Positions 9,577 to 19,550 of a stretch of 64,000 bases of DNA are shown in pieces; positions within the stretch are counted from its first letter, which is position 1; every line of letters starts with the position of its first letter. The translations under genes were made by a program, and so were the position numbers. This DNA is from a virus (taxonomy: Duplodnaviria > Caudoviricetes): positions 1 to 64,000 of the IMG/VR virus record IMGVR_UViG_2934734009_000001; one strand, written 5' to 3'. The notes under the pieces are model-generated. The model made no database searches. It was not told where the DNA came from and was given only the letters and a program-made list of their open reading frames with translations.

Positions 9577-11691
9577 TCAGAGCTGGGTGATGACGAGGTT
9601 CCGCCAGAACGGGCGTGCTGCTGTGTCGCTGATGCTGCCGTTGCTGAGCCCGAAGTACCCGCCGCGGTAGGAGACGTCTGCGATGGGTCCGGTGGTCCAG
9701 GCGGCGTTGCCGAGCCGGCGAGCTTCGATCGTCGTCGGGGTGACGTCGATCTGGATGGTCATGGACTGTCCGGCGACGGGCGCGTCGGTGGCAATGTCGG
9801 CGGCGCCGAGCTGGATGCCTCCGGTCTGGGTGGTGATGTGCCGGTACAGGCGGAGCACTCCGTTGTGGCGGAGGATCAAGTGGTAGCCAGCGCTGGGGTT
9901 GACCGTGTTGAACTCGTAGGGGTCGTCCGACATCTTCCCCAGGTAGAGCCCGCCGTGCACGGCAAGGTCCGCGGTGTTGATCTGGTCGTACTTCATCTCG
10001 ACCTGGATGCGGTACCCGCCGGTCCCGGGGACGATGGGGCAGTAGCGGCCAAGCCCGTAGGTGCCGCGGGCTCGGTTGATGGACACCCACCCGTCGGCCT
10101 CGCTGAACTTCAGCGCGGCGTCGACGTTGTAGTCGGCCTGCGGGGTGCCGCCGGATTCCTTGACCTGCTGGTCCCACCTGGATGCGGTGGCCTGCGCGGT
10201 GGCGCCACGCACGTACACGGGATCGGACGACATCAGCCCGACGATGCCGTCAGCCTCCAGGGCGGCCCGCTGAGAGCGGCGGTACACCGGCCAGCTGAAG
10301 ACCGGCTTACCGCGGGCGACGATCTGCTGCCGGCGGGCCGACGACATGGACGTGGATACACCCCAGTAGTCGACCTGAGCGTCTTTGCCGTCGAGGACCG
10401 CGTCTGCCGAGGCGTCATCGACGTAGCACCAGGTCCGGAAGCCCTGCTGCTTGGGCCAAGTGAAGCTGGTGCCTACGTGGGCTTTCCAGATCACCGACTG
10501 GTTCGCGTGCGGATACGACGTGGACAGCAGGTTCTGGAGCGGGACGACGGCGTCGTTGCCCTTGGGTTCCAGGAAGAGGACGACGCGGCCGAGGTATTTG
10601 TCGAGCATGCGCCGGAGCGGCACCATCGGTTGGTCGGTCCACCCCTGACCGTGTAGGACCCGCCCGTTCGTCAGGACCCGGTTCGCGACCCCGGTCGACG
10701 GATAGGTGTTGAGCGCCCCCGTGTTGTACGTCGTCCGGTCGAGCGTCAGGTCATGCAGACACCACAGCTGGCCCTCCGAGTCCACGTTCACGGACAGCTC
10801 CATTGCCTGGATGCCATGCGCGATGGCGTAGTCGTAGGCGGCCTCGGTGTGCTCCGGGCACACCATCCCGGCACCGCGGTGTCCAAAGACCTTGGTGCCG
10901 GCCTGGGCCATGAAGCTGTCGACGGCGAGCAGGGACTTGGGAAGGTAGAGGGCTGCGGCGGCCGACGCCGCGGTCGAGACGGCGCTGCTCTGGGCGGTGC
11001 TCGCCTTCGCCGCAGCGTCGGAACTGGCTGTGGAGATGGCGGCAGCCTGGGCTGATGCAGCCTTGTTCGCCGCGTCGGAGGAGGCTGCTGCTATCGCTGC
11101 CGTCTGCGCCGCGCCCGCTGCGCCGGCCGGGTCGTAGGCGGCATCCGCTCGGGCGACTTCGGCGGCCAGGCCCTCGGTGACAGCTTCGTCGGTGTAGTCG
11201 TTGGCTGCGCCGATGTCCCCGGGCGGCCCGACGAGGCTTGCCAGGAAGTCGTCTTCCGTGCCGTCGTTGCCCGCGCGCCGCCACGCGTCGTAGGCGGACT
11301 CCCCCGGAACGGCGAGGTACTGGGTGAGGTCGGGGGCGAGCTGCTGGACGGCCCCGAGGTCGACCTCTTCGGCATCGGCGTCCAGGGCGAAGTAGAAGTG
11401 GCGGGGCTGGGAGCCGTTCACGGACTCGATGCCGAGCCACGCCCACACGACCGGGTTGGCGCCGTCGACGTTGGTGGGGAGGAGACGGACCTGCTCCCCA
11501 TCACTGTCTACGAGCGCGCCGTCGACGAACTGGTACGACCCGCCGCCGGTGAACACCCCGTCCGTGCCCGGGATTCGGATGGCGGGGACGGTCGGCATCA
11601 GCTGCAGGGTGCCCTCCCCCGGGCCGCCGCCGGCCGGGGACGTGATGGTGTAGCGGACGGCGACGGACGGGACATCCTCGGGGAACGGCAC
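9577..11691 (-). CDS. Tail-associated protein with glycerophosphodiester phosphodiesterase (GDPD) domain, paralog 2
   Basis: HRG..PEHT..ELSVN..LHD-TLDRTT..LEPK..SSDP; Ala-rich linker; ESAYDAW motif; beta-sandwich C-terminus. Confidence 0.85.
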   Translation of the reverse strand: MPFPEDVPSVAVRYTITSPAGGGPGEGTLQLMPTVPAIRIPGTDGVFTGGGSYQFVDGALVDSDGEQVRLLPTNVDGANPVVWAWLGIESVNGSQPRHFYFALDADAEEVDLGAVQQLAPDLTQYLAVPGESAYDAWRRAGNDGTEDDFLASLVGPPGDIGAANDYTDEAVTEGLAAEVARADAAYDPAGAAGAAQTAAIAAASSDAANKAASAQAAAISTASSDAAAKASTAQSSAVSTAASAAAALYLPKSLLAVDSFMAQAGTKVFGHRGAGMVCPEHTEAAYDYAIAHGIQAMELSVNVDSEGQLWCLHDLTLDRTTYNTGALNTYPSTGVANRVLTNGRVLHGQGWTDQPMVPLRRMLDKYLGRVVLFLEPKGNDAVVPLQNLLSTSYPHANQSVIWKAHVGTSFTWPKQQGFRTWCYVDDASADAVLDGKDAQVDYWGVSTSMSSARRQQIVARGKPVFSWPVYRRSQRAALEADGIVGLMSSDPVYVRGATAQATASRWDQQVKESGGTPQADYNVDAALKFSEADGWVSINRARGTYGLGRYCPIVPGTGGYRIQVEMKYDQINTADLAVHGGLYLGKMSDDPYEFNTVNPSAGYHLILRHNGVLRLYRHITTQTGGIQLGAADIATDAPVAGQSMTIQIDVTPTTIEARRLGNAAWTTGPIADVSYRGGYFGLSNGSISDTAARPFWRNLVITQL

Positions 11692-11693
11692 GG

Positions 11694-12062
11694 TCAGGCT
11701 CCTGTTCGCATGTAGTCCCGGACCAGCTCGTCGATGTCGTCCGGCTGAATGGGAATTTCCGCTCGTTCCATGCGGTAGATCAGGCGGTTTACTGTCCGCG
11801 AGAACGCTCCGAGCAGCGAGTCAACGCGGGCTTGCCTTCCACGTAGTTGCCCGTTCTCTTCGTCGACGCGAGCGACTGTGGCTTGCAGTACGGCGAAGTC
11901 TTGGGCCTTGGCCTGGGGAGCAGCGTTCAGGCGGGCGATGGTCTCGTTCGCTGCCGCGGTGACTCTCTGGGCGCGCACTGTCGCCCTAGCCATGAAGAAC
12001 CCGCCGCCGCCGAAGACGGTTAGAGCGGCGCTCGCTAGCGTCACAATCTCCGCGCTGTTCAC
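11694..12062 (-). CDS. Lysis-module membrane protein (TM plus coiled coil)
   Basis: N-terminal TM then coiled coil; GTGA overlap with the upstream gene. Confidence 0.7.
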   Translation of the reverse strand: MNSAEIVTLASAALTVFGGGGFFMARATVRAQRVTAAANETIARLNAAPQAKAQDFAVLQATVARVDEENGQLRGRQARVDSLLGAFSRTVNRLIYRMERAEIPIQPDDIDELVRDYMRTGA

Positions 12063-12502
12063 GGAGCCTGACCTTTCCGGGCTTGCCGCGGGGGTGGGGG
12101 GACGGAGTACTCCGGCACCGTGGCAGCCCACATGATGACCCCGACGTGCGAGGTGAGGTACCACAGGGCGACACTTCCGCCCCGTGTGTATTCGCCGGTG
12201 AGGACGGCGGAGAGGTAGGCCAGAGCCCATACAGATGGGGGAACGATCGCGGCGAAGAAGCCCCACTGGTCGCGGCCAATCCGGAGGAAGGCGGACCCTG
12301 CGGTAATGGCCCCGGCAACGATCCAAAGCCATGCCCATGTCGCGAGGCTGCACCGGTCTGTGAGGAGCCGGAGGCCGGCTGGGTCCTGCACTGGGGTGAC
12401 GATGAATCCGATGCCCCAGCAGACTTTCCCGATGCCGATGAGGAGGAGGAATCGCCCGCGGCGGCCCAGCCGTTTGCGGAGCCGCCGGGCCGCCTGCCGC
12501 AT
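12059..12502 (-). CDS. Lysis-module multi-TM membrane protein
   Basis: About 4 hydrophobic segments; coupled to the holin. Confidence 0.75.
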   Translation of the reverse strand: MRQAARRLRKRLGRRGRFLLLIGIGKVCWGIGFIVTPVQDPAGLRLLTDRCSLATWAWLWIVAGAITAGSAFLRIGRDQWGFFAAIVPPSVWALAYLSAVLTGEYTRGGSVALWYLTSHVGVIMWAATVPEYSVPPPPRQARKGQAP

Positions 12503-12849
12503 CAGCCGGCCGCGGGGGTGGTCGGCTTGGGTGTCGGGGTGACCTGGCCACGGGTCATGAGGCCGAGGACGGCGAGGACGACGGCGTTGAGGGCGCCGAC
12601 GGTTTCGGCGGAGACGCTGAGCCCGTAGGCGGCGAGGAGGGCGACCGCGGCGGCGACGAGCCCGGTGAACGCGGACGGGGCGATCGGGCGGGTGACGGCG
12701 GCGGTGGCTGCGGCGAACACTGCTGAGATGACGGCGACGATCGCCCCGGCCTGTTCGGCGTTGAGCCCGAACTGGAAGGAGACGAGGAGGGAGAGGGCGG
12801 CGGAGACGGTGGCGATGACGAGGGCGGGCTCGCGGCCGAACGGCTTCAT
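12502..12849 (-). CDS. Holin
   Basis: MKPFGREPA start, 4 TM segments, R-QVTP end; directly after the endolysin. Confidence 0.85.
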   Translation of the reverse strand: MKPFGREPALVIATVSAALSLLVSFQFGLNAEQAGAIVAVISAVFAAATAAVTRPIAPSAFTGLVAAAVALLAAYGLSVSAETVGALNAVVLAVLGLMTRGQVTPTPKPTTPAAG

Positions 12850-12873
12850 GGTGGTCTCGTTTCTGGGCTGGGG

Positions 12874-13863
12874 TTAGGTGTTGGGGACCTGGAGCTTGTC
12901 CCAGGTGGTCTTTCCGGGCGGCCACTTGGCGGCGGTGCCGGAGTACCCGCACTTCCGCTGCCAGGCTTCGTAGGAGTCGACGTCGGCCTGGCCGAGTTCG
13001 GGGCCGGGGCCGACTGTGTACCGGCCGCAGCCGACGGCGACGAGGCGCTTACCCATGGCGGTGAAGGTGGGGGACTTCTTGCCGAGGGCGGGCCGGCTGC
13101 CGTTGAGGAAGAAGCTGGCCCCGGGGTAGGGCTCGCGCTTCGCGGCGGGGGGCTTCGTGCCGGGCCCCGGCTTGCTGGTCGCGGGGACCTTGAGCTTCTG
13201 GCCGATGCTGATGGCGTTCGGGTTCTTGAGCCCGTTCAGCTTCGCCAGGGTGTCCACCGTGGTCTTGTGGGCGGACGCGATGCGGGTGAGGGTGTCGCCC
13301 TTCTTCACGGTGTACGTGCCGCTGCTGGCCGGGGGCCTGGTGCCGGACTCGTCGTCGCTGTCGGGTCGCGGTGCCCCCTTCTTCACCCAGGCGTAGAGGG
13401 GGCCGCCGGGGCAGGCGGTGGCGTAGCCGTCGCGGTGCCCCTTGATCTCGTTGCCTGCGCCGTTGCCCCGCATGAGGTCGATGCCGTCGCGGATCGCGGA
13501 GAGCATGGCGTCCGGCGGCTCGGTGAAGCCGCTGCTGCCGACGAGCCCGACGATGGCGTAGTGCGCGATGTTGAGCGCCTGGCTGCCGTTCGCGCCGGTT
13601 CGGCGACGAAGGCCGCGTCCTTCGAGGAGGTAGCCGTGGGGACAGGCCGCGTAGTTGTAGGCGACGTCGCTGTACCCCTCGGCCTTGTTGGCGAGGTGGC
13701 TGCGGCGGATGCCCTTCCAGAGGGCGAGGCATTCGCCGTGGTCGGCGAGGAGCTTCGTGCTGACGGGCGACCCGAGGTAGTGGACCTTGACGCCCTTGGT
13801 GGTGGTCTGGGTGGGGGCGGCGGAGGTGGGCCATCCGAGTTGGGCTCTGGTGACGAGCTTCAT
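12874..13863 (-). CDS. Endolysin: N-acetylmuramoyl-L-alanine amidase + LysM + C-terminal cell-wall-binding domain
   Basis: VHY, YSDVAYN, EGRG, GHRD-TACPG; [21 protein letters not shown] LysM. Confidence 0.92.
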   Translation of the reverse strand: MKLVTRAQLGWPTSAAPTQTTTKGVKVHYLGSPVSTKLLADHGECLALWKGIRRSHLANKAEGYSDVAYNYAACPHGYLLEGRGLRRRTGANGSQALNIAHYAIVGLVGSSGFTEPPDAMLSAIRDGIDLMRGNGAGNEIKGHRDGYATACPGGPLYAWVKKGAPRPDSDDESGTRPPASSGTYTVKKGDTLTRIASAHKTTVDTLAKLNGLKNPNAISIGQKLKVPATSKPGPGTKPPAAKREPYPGASFFLNGSRPALGKKSPTFTAMGKRLVAVGCGRYTVGPGPELGQADVDSYEAWQRKCGYSGTAAKWPPGKTTWDKLQVPNT

Positions 13864-13911
13864 GGGTGTCTCCTGCGGGGTGGCGGGGTGCTGACCCGCA
13901 TCGACCGTTGA

Positions 13912-13958
13912 CCTTTGAATCATAGGCTTCCGATTCGCATATGCCTACGATTCCAAGG
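13912..13958. promoter_or_regulatory. Imperfect 16-bp inverted repeat in the divergent endolysin/exoribonuclease promoter region
   Basis: CCTTTGAATCATAGGC-N15-GCCTACGATTCCAAGG (14/16). Confidence 0.6.
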
Positions 13959-14074
13959 TTCAGGGGTTATGGTGCACCTAGGTCGTTGCCGCGAGGCGAC
14001 CTTTGGTGGCTGGCCTGGCCGTGCGGGTTTGGGTCAGCCACCCCAACCCGCACCCACCCGCACCGGAGGCGGAC

Positions 14075-14629
14075 ATGACCGCTATCGATTACGACCTTGA
14101 GTTCCTCGAAGACGGCCGGACCATCGAGCTCATCTCCATCGGGATGGTCTGCGACGACGGCCGCGAGTACTACGCCGCGAACCGCGACATGCCCGTGCGG
14201 CGGATCCGGAAGCACCCGTGGCTCATGGAGAACGTCGTCCCGCACCTGCCCAGAGGGCATGGCGACCTGCGGAACAGCATGTCGAAGCGCTGGTTGTTCC
14301 ACTACGGCGATCCCCGCGTGAGGAGCCGTAAGACCATCGCCGCCGAGGTGGCCGCGTTCATCCAGGCCACCGACGACGTCGAGCTGTGGGCGAACTATGG
14401 GGCCTACGACCACGTCGCCCTTGCCCAGCTCTGGGGGCCGATGGTCGCCCTGCCGGACGGGGTGCCGATGTTCACCCACGACATCCAGCAGGAAGCCCGA
14501 CGCCTCGGCTTCCGCTGGGACGAGCTGCCGCAGCAGGAGTCCGGGGAACACGACGCGCTCGCCGACGCCCGCCACAACCAGACCGTGCGCCGGTGGCTGG
14601 CGCGTGAGGCTTGGATGGATGCGTCGTGA
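14075..14629 (+). CDS. DEDDh 3'-5' exoribonuclease (RNase AS / Rv2179c-like)
   Basis: YDLEFLEDGRTIELISIG, WANYGAYDHV, HDALADA; GGAGG RBS. Confidence 0.88.
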   Translation: MTAIDYDLEFLEDGRTIELISIGMVCDDGREYYAANRDMPVRRIRKHPWLMENVVPHLPRGHGDLRNSMSKRWLFHYGDPRVRSRKTIAAEVAAFIQATDDVELWANYGAYDHVALAQLWGPMVALPDGVPMFTHDIQQEARRLGFRWDELPQQESGEHDALADARHNQTVRRWLAREAWMDAS

Positions 14630-15027
14630 CTCCCGCCGAGCAGGTGGCTGCGAACGTGAAGCTGCTCCGCACCCGACGCGGCTGGTCCCAAGATGAACTG
14701 GCCGAACGGGTGGGCCACAACTCCTCACAAGCTGTCTGGAGCGCAGAAGTTGGGCGGCGGCGCATCGCGGTGAACGACCTCGTCGACTTCGCCGCCGCCT
14801 TCGGTGTCACCCCTGAGCGGCTCATGTCCGACGATCCGGACGCGGACAGCGTCCCGGTGTACGAGGTGACCACCGACGACGGCACCACCCGGACCATCGC
14901 CGCCGACACCGTCGACCCGAGCGAGACGTGGACGTTGTTCTACCTGCGGGAGACCCGGGTGTTCCTCGCACCGACGGCCCGCATCCTCGGCATACGGCTG
15001 ATCACGGAGGAGGACCCCGATGCCTGA
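14626..15027 (+). CDS. XRE-family HTH protein
   Basis: NVKLLRTRRGWSQDELAERVG...E-GRR..V-DL..A-AFGV. Confidence 0.85.
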   Translation: MTPAEQVAANVKLLRTRRGWSQDELAERVGHNSSQAVWSAEVGRRRIAVNDLVDFAAAFGVTPERLMSDDPDADSVPVYEVTTDDGTTRTIAADTVDPSETWTLFYLRETRVFLAPTARILGIRLITEEDPDA

Positions 15028-15886
15028 TGTTCAGGGCCACTGCCCTGCATGTGGTGCCGCCAGCCTGTTCCTCGGCGAGGGCGGGCACGTCACCTGCTCC
15101 CGCTCTGACTGCCCCGCGCCGGACGCGCCGGACATGCTGCTGCACGGCGGCGAGACGGCGCTCGTGCAGGCGCTCGGCGGCGATCGGAAGGCGCGCGTCA
15201 TCGCCCACACGCTGCACTTCCACGGGTGCTCCGTCTTCGACGTGCGCCGCATGACCGACGAGGAGTTCCGGGCCGTGCCCGGCATCGGCGACACGTCCCT
15301 TGCGACCATCAGGCGGGCGTTTCCCGAGTCGAAGCCAACGGAGCCCCAGCAGCCGCCCAGCCGGGCAGGCGACGTCCTCGCCGCTCTCGGCCGCCGGATA
15401 CCCGAGACCCTCGCCAAGGGGATCAGCCGCGACGACTATGCGCTCGCGCCAGCATCCGAGCCACCCGTGGTCGCCGCGGCGCGCATCCAACTGGACGTGT
15501 CCGCCACTCCCGACACTGTCCCCGTCCCGCTGGAGGCGTTCGATCGTCTGGTGCGGGTGGCGATGTGGGTTTCCCGTGGCCAGTCCATGGCCCACACTCC
15601 CGACCCGTCACCCGTGATCGGGGCCCGCTACCCTGACGCTGCCGCACGGCAAGCCCTCGGGGCGCTCGACGACGCCGGGCTTCTTGACACCTACCGGGAG
15701 AAGGCCTCCGGCCGCCCCACTCGCCCGGACGGCACTCCATACCGTTACCACGAGATCGTCGCCGAAGGCTGGGGGTACTGCGACGGCTGCCGCACCTGGG
15801 GGCAAGGGTGGACCGCCGAGAACCCGCACGACTGCGCCAGTACCTACGTGAAGGGGCCGACCACCGAGGAGGCGCCGGATGCCTGA
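15020..15886 (+). CDS. Mosaic hypothetical protein (N-terminal Zn finger, HhH-like VPGIG motif, C-terminal CxxC)
   Basis: CPACG...TCSRSDC; VPGIGDTSLATI; overlap-coupled. Confidence 0.7.
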   Translation: MPDVQGHCPACGAASLFLGEGGHVTCSRSDCPAPDAPDMLLHGGETALVQALGGDRKARVIAHTLHFHGCSVFDVRRMTDEEFRAVPGIGDTSLATIRRAFPESKPTEPQQPPSRAGDVLAALGRRIPETLAKGISRDDYALAPASEPPVVAAARIQLDVSATPDTVPVPLEAFDRLVRVAMWVSRGQSMAHTPDPSPVIGARYPDAAARQALGALDDAGLLDTYREKASGRPTRPDGTPYRYHEIVAEGWGYCDGCRTWGQGWTAENPHDCASTYVKGPTTEEAPDA

Positions 15887-16034
15887 GCCGACCGACCCCA
15901 TGACCGAGCTGGCCGCCGCAGCCGTGCAACTCCACGAAATGCACCAGGCCTACGTCGCCGCCGGGTTCACCGAACATCAGGCCCTGGAACTCGTGAAGGC
16001 CGTCATCGTCGCCAACGTCGGAGGCGGGACATGA
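15879..16034 (+). CDS. Small hypothetical protein (MPEPTDPMTELAAAAVQLHEMHQAYVAAGFTEHQALELV...)
   Basis: 51 aa, absent from the ORF track; GAGGAGG RBS; overlaps both neighbours. Confidence 0.75.
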   Translation: MPEPTDPMTELAAAAVQLHEMHQAYVAAGFTEHQALELVKAVIVANVGGGT

Positions 16035-16564
16035 GGGACCGAAAGCTTCGACTGAACCAAGTCCGGCGGCAAGGTGCACCGCAGGAAGTGGTCACGGTCA
16101 CCGAGTGGGACGTCACACCCGGACTCCACGAATGGATCACCGAAGAGATCGGGCTCCGCGAGCAGACCGTGCGGGCCGCCGACAAAGAGCTCGGGCGGGC
16201 GTGGCATACACGGTGGGACGCCTCCACGGACTCTTTCGAGGTGGTCACCGAGTCCGGGTTGCTGGTAGCCAGCGGCCTCTCTCCGGGCGTCGCGGGCCAC
16301 ATCGCTGGCAACGACCCCGCGACGGCCCTCCGCAGGTACGCCGCCGACCGGAAGATCCTCGCCGCGCACCCGTACACCACCCAAGTCATCAACCCCAGCT
16401 ACGGGCCACACAAGGCCGCGAGCGCCGGGTTTGGGTGCGAGACCTGCCACGACTGGGACGGAGTCCCCGAAGGGCGCGGCAACTGCCCCACCATCCTCGC
16501 CCTCGCCGAAGCCTACGGACTCGACGACGAAGACAACGCCGACGTGGAGGTCATCCGTGGCTGA
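16031..16564 (+). CDS. DUF6221-like hypothetical protein
   Basis: HIAGNDPATALRR-AADRKILA-H...C-TC...CPTILALAEAY pattern; true start may be downstream. Confidence 0.7.
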   Translation: MRDRKLRLNQVRRQGAPQEVVTVTEWDVTPGLHEWITEEIGLREQTVRAADKELGRAWHTRWDASTDSFEVVTESGLLVASGLSPGVAGHIAGNDPATALRRYAADRKILAAHPYTTQVINPSYGPHKAASAGFGCETCHDWDGVPEGRGNCPTILALAEAYGLDDEDNADVEVIRG

Positions 16565-16745
16565 CCTCGCCTGCATCGACCCGGGCACCACCCGCCATGG
16601 TCTCGTCGGCGACCAGTACCCAGCCCACCACCACTCCCCCGCCCGGCACCCCAGCAGTCTCGGTGCCCGGCGCGGCCGTCACGTCGGCCCGCAGCCCCGC
16701 GAACGCCGGAACCATCCCCAACACGTCCCCCGCCACCTGGATCAC
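16551..16745 (-). CDS. Small hypothetical protein following the tail GDPD gene
   Basis: GTG overlaps the upstream TGA. Confidence 0.45.
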   Translation of the reverse strand: MIQVAGDVLGMVPAFAGLRADVTAAPGTETAGVPGGGVVVGWVLVADETMAGGARVDAGEVSHG

Positions 16746-18517
16746 AGCTGGGTCACCACCAGGTTCCGCCAGAACGGGCGGGTCGTCACATCCGTGATCG
16801 ACCCGTTCGACAGCCCGAAGTACAGGCCCCGGTACGTCGTATCCGCCAGGGCACCCGTCGTCCACCCGGCCCCGTCCGTGCGCCGAACCTCCACCGTCGT
16901 CGGCGTCACATCCAACTGGAAACTCATCGCCGCATCAGCCACCGGGGCCGTCGTCGCGATCACCGAACCCATCGTCGTCCCCGACGTCACCCCAGCCGTG
17001 TGCTTGTTCAGCTGCATCTGCCCGTTCGCCCGCATCACCAGGTGATACCCGCCCGTCACGTTCGACTGGCTGAACCGGTACGGGTCGTCCGACTGCTTCC
17101 CGAAGTAGATCCCGCCGTGCAGCGTGGCCGACGGCAGCACCTTGAACTTCATGTCGAAGCTGAGCCGGTAGCCGCCCGCACCAGCAGCGACAGGGCAGTA
17201 TGTACCCAACCCCACCGACTGGAACGGCAGAGCCGGCACGCTCACCCAGCCCACGTCCGGGGTAGGGGCGAACACCATCGCGTAGTCGGGGTCGTAGTCG
17301 ATCGTCGGCGTGCAGCCCGGTTCCTTGATCTGGAGATCCCACCTGGACGCCGTGCGCATCGGGGCCGACGTCGACACGTACCGGGGGTCGGACGACATCA
17401 TGCCGACGACGCCCAAGCCGGTGAGGCGGGCGACCTGGGACCTGCGGTAGACCGCCCACGCGAACACGGGCTTCCCCCGGGCGACCACCTGGCTGATCCG
17501 GGTGTCCGTGAACGTCGTGTTCACACCCCAGTAGTCGACCATGGCGTCCTTGCCATCCATCGTCGCGTCAGAGGTGCCGGAGTCCAGGTACACCCACGTC
17601 CGGTAGCCGCGCGCCTTAGCCCACGGGAGGCTGAGCGTCCCGATGTGCGCCTTCCAGATCACCGACCGTGGAGCGTGCGGGTACGAAGCGTCCAGGAGCT
17701 GCTGGCACGGCACCACCGCATCGTTCGCTTTCGGCTCCAGCAAGATCGGCACCTTGCCCAGGAACTCATCCAGCACCTGCCGCAGCGGGACCAGCCGCTG
17801 CTCCGCCCAGCCGGCACCCAGCAGTGGCCGTGAGTTCGTCTGGACCTGCTGGCCGACCTCTTCGGTGGTGTACCCGTTGAGGTTCCCGGTCCGGTTCGTC
17901 GTCCGGTCCACAGTTGGGTCATGCAGGCACCACAGCTCCCCGCTGGCATCGACGTTGACCGAGACTTCGAGCGGGTACCGCATCGCGGCAGCGGCCCGGT
18001 AGGCGACCAGCGTGTGCTCGGGGCGCACCATGCCGCCGCCACGGTGGGCGAAGTACACGGGGGCCACGGGGGTTGCCGGGTTGATGATGCTGTCGATCGT
18101 GGTGATCGCGTTCGGGAGGTACAGGGCGGCGGCGCTCTCTGCCGCGGCGGTGATAGCAGCAGTCTGTGCCGTAGCGGCTTTCGCCGTGGCGTCATCCGCA
18201 GCTTCGGTAACGACACCGGCGACCCGGGCGGACACGATCGCCGCGATGTCCGAGGCGACCATGGCGTAGCGGCGGCCGAGCCCGAAGTCCAGGTAGACCG
18301 TGGTGGCGTCCTCCGGCCCGTAGAACGCCACGAATCCGTCGGAGGCTGCGACCACGCTCGTGATCGGCACCCCGCTGGTGTCCGTCAGGTCCGTGAGCTG
18401 CGTGCCACCGACAACCGCATTCCACACGGTGCCCGTGGCGCCAGGGCGCAGCAGAAGCTGGTTGCCGACCTGCTGCATGGCGTAGTCCGAGGTGGTGCCC
18501 CCGAAGAGGTGACGCAT
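16742..18517 (-). CDS. Tail fibre/receptor-binding protein with GDPD domain, paralog 1
   Basis: MRHLFGG..DY N-terminal anchor; AHRGG..PEHT..EVSVN..LHD-TVDRTT..LEPK; C-terminus closely similar to 9577-11691. Confidence 0.85.
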   Translation of the reverse strand: MRHLFGGTTSDYAMQQVGNQLLLRPGATGTVWNAVVGGTQLTDLTDTSGVPITSVVAASDGFVAFYGPEDATTVYLDFGLGRRYAMVASDIAAIVSARVAGVVTEAADDATAKAATAQTAAITAAAESAAALYLPNAITTIDSIINPATPVAPVYFAHRGGGMVRPEHTLVAYRAAAAMRYPLEVSVNVDASGELWCLHDPTVDRTTNRTGNLNGYTTEEVGQQVQTNSRPLLGAGWAEQRLVPLRQVLDEFLGKVPILLEPKANDAVVPCQQLLDASYPHAPRSVIWKAHIGTLSLPWAKARGYRTWVYLDSGTSDATMDGKDAMVDYWGVNTTFTDTRISQVVARGKPVFAWAVYRRSQVARLTGLGVVGMMSSDPRYVSTSAPMRTASRWDLQIKEPGCTPTIDYDPDYAMVFAPTPDVGWVSVPALPFQSVGLGTYCPVAAGAGGYRLSFDMKFKVLPSATLHGGIYFGKQSDDPYRFSQSNVTGGYHLVMRANGQMQLNKHTAGVTSGTTMGSVIATTAPVADAAMSFQLDVTPTTVEVRRTDGAGWTTGALADTTYRGLYFGLSNGSITDVTTRPFWRNLVVTQL

Positions 18518-18536
18518 AGTCGTGATCCTTTCGGGG

Positions 18537-19550
18537 TCAGGCGAGCCAGTAGGAGCCGTCGATGGTGAGGACGTCACCAGGACGGATATTGAAGGGCTGC
18601 CGAGTGAGAAGGGCTGCGGCGTTGATCGTGGATGAGGCAGAGTTGCCGTCCGAAGTGCCGTACCGCAGGCGGGTGATTCGCGTAGTGGATTCGTCGGGGT
18701 AGGTGGTTGCCACGCCGACCGCGGCTCCTTCGCCGTTGGAGCTCGTGAATGTCCAGTTGAACGTGGCCCGGCGTTCCGGTGTGCACGGGTATCCCGCCGG
18801 CAGGCTGGCCTGGATCGGCCCCGGGTTCGCCGGGGGGTTTGCCGCTACGACGAGGTAGATGGAAACGCTGGCCCGTTTGCCCTGCACCTGGAATCGGCCG
18901 GTGTTCGTGGCCCCGGTTCCCCAGTTGATGGCAGTTGAGCCCGCTGTCCAGGCCGGCGTGTATGACCCCTCCTGCACACCGGGTGATGCGAGCCAGCGCC
19001 AGTCGGCGCCGTCCCCGACATAGAGGTCGGTGCCCTCGATGAGAAGCTGCCCTCGCACACTGGGCCGGCGGGCGCCGGGGATGCCGGGCATGGCGCCGCG
19101 GTCGGTGAACCAGCGGCGGTCGATCACGTTGACGGCGGTGACGACGCTGGACCCGGCGGCGACGGTGCACTGGGCGAGCGGAATCTCGTAGATGCCGTTC
19201 TCGTCCGAGGTGAGGGTCGGTGCGCTACTGCCCCCGGTTTTGTAGACGGCGACGACGGACTTGGCGCTCATGGAGGCGCGGAGTATCACGGTGTCGACGC
19301 GCGTGGTCGATCCGGCGTTGGCTGTGACCGCGATGTTCTTCACGGCGTCGTTGAGGTAGTAGAACCCGTTGACGAACGCCTCCCCGGGCTGGAGGGTCAC
19401 GTTCCCGGTGCCGTTCCCGGTGACCTTCAGGGCGGTACTGGCGGGGTCGGAAGCGTGAACACCGTCGAGGCCCCATCGCCGTGCCATGCGGGACCACTGC
19501 GACTGGGTGGCGATCGGGGAGCCGTCGAACGGCGCACTGAACTCGGCCAT
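18537..19550 (-). CDS. Minor tail / upper baseplate protein
   Basis: Position after the hub protein; V-PG-AFVNG..Y, R-D-VILR, YEIPLA motifs. Confidence 0.8.
   Translation of the reverse strand: MAEFSAPFDGSPIATQSQWSRMARRWGLDGVHASDPASTALKVTGNGTGNVTLQPGEAFVNGFYYLNDAVKNIAVTANAGSTTRVDTVILRASMSAKSVVAVYKTGGSSAPTLTSDENGIYEIPLAQCTVAAGSSVVTAVNVIDRRWFTDRGAMPGIPGARRPSVRGQLLIEGTDLYVGDGADWRWLASPGVQEGSYTPAWTAGSTAINWGTGATNTGRFQVQGKRASVSIYLVVAANPPANPGPIQASLPAGYPCTPERRATFNWTFTSSNGEGAAVGVATTYPDESTTRITRLRYGTSDGNSASSTINAAALLTRQPFNIRPGDVLTIDGSYWLA

Noticed and set aside
9577-18517. Diversity-generating retroelement TR/VR pair between the GDPD paralogs
   Set aside because: No reverse transcriptase in the window; differences look like ordinary synonymous divergence, not adenine-specific
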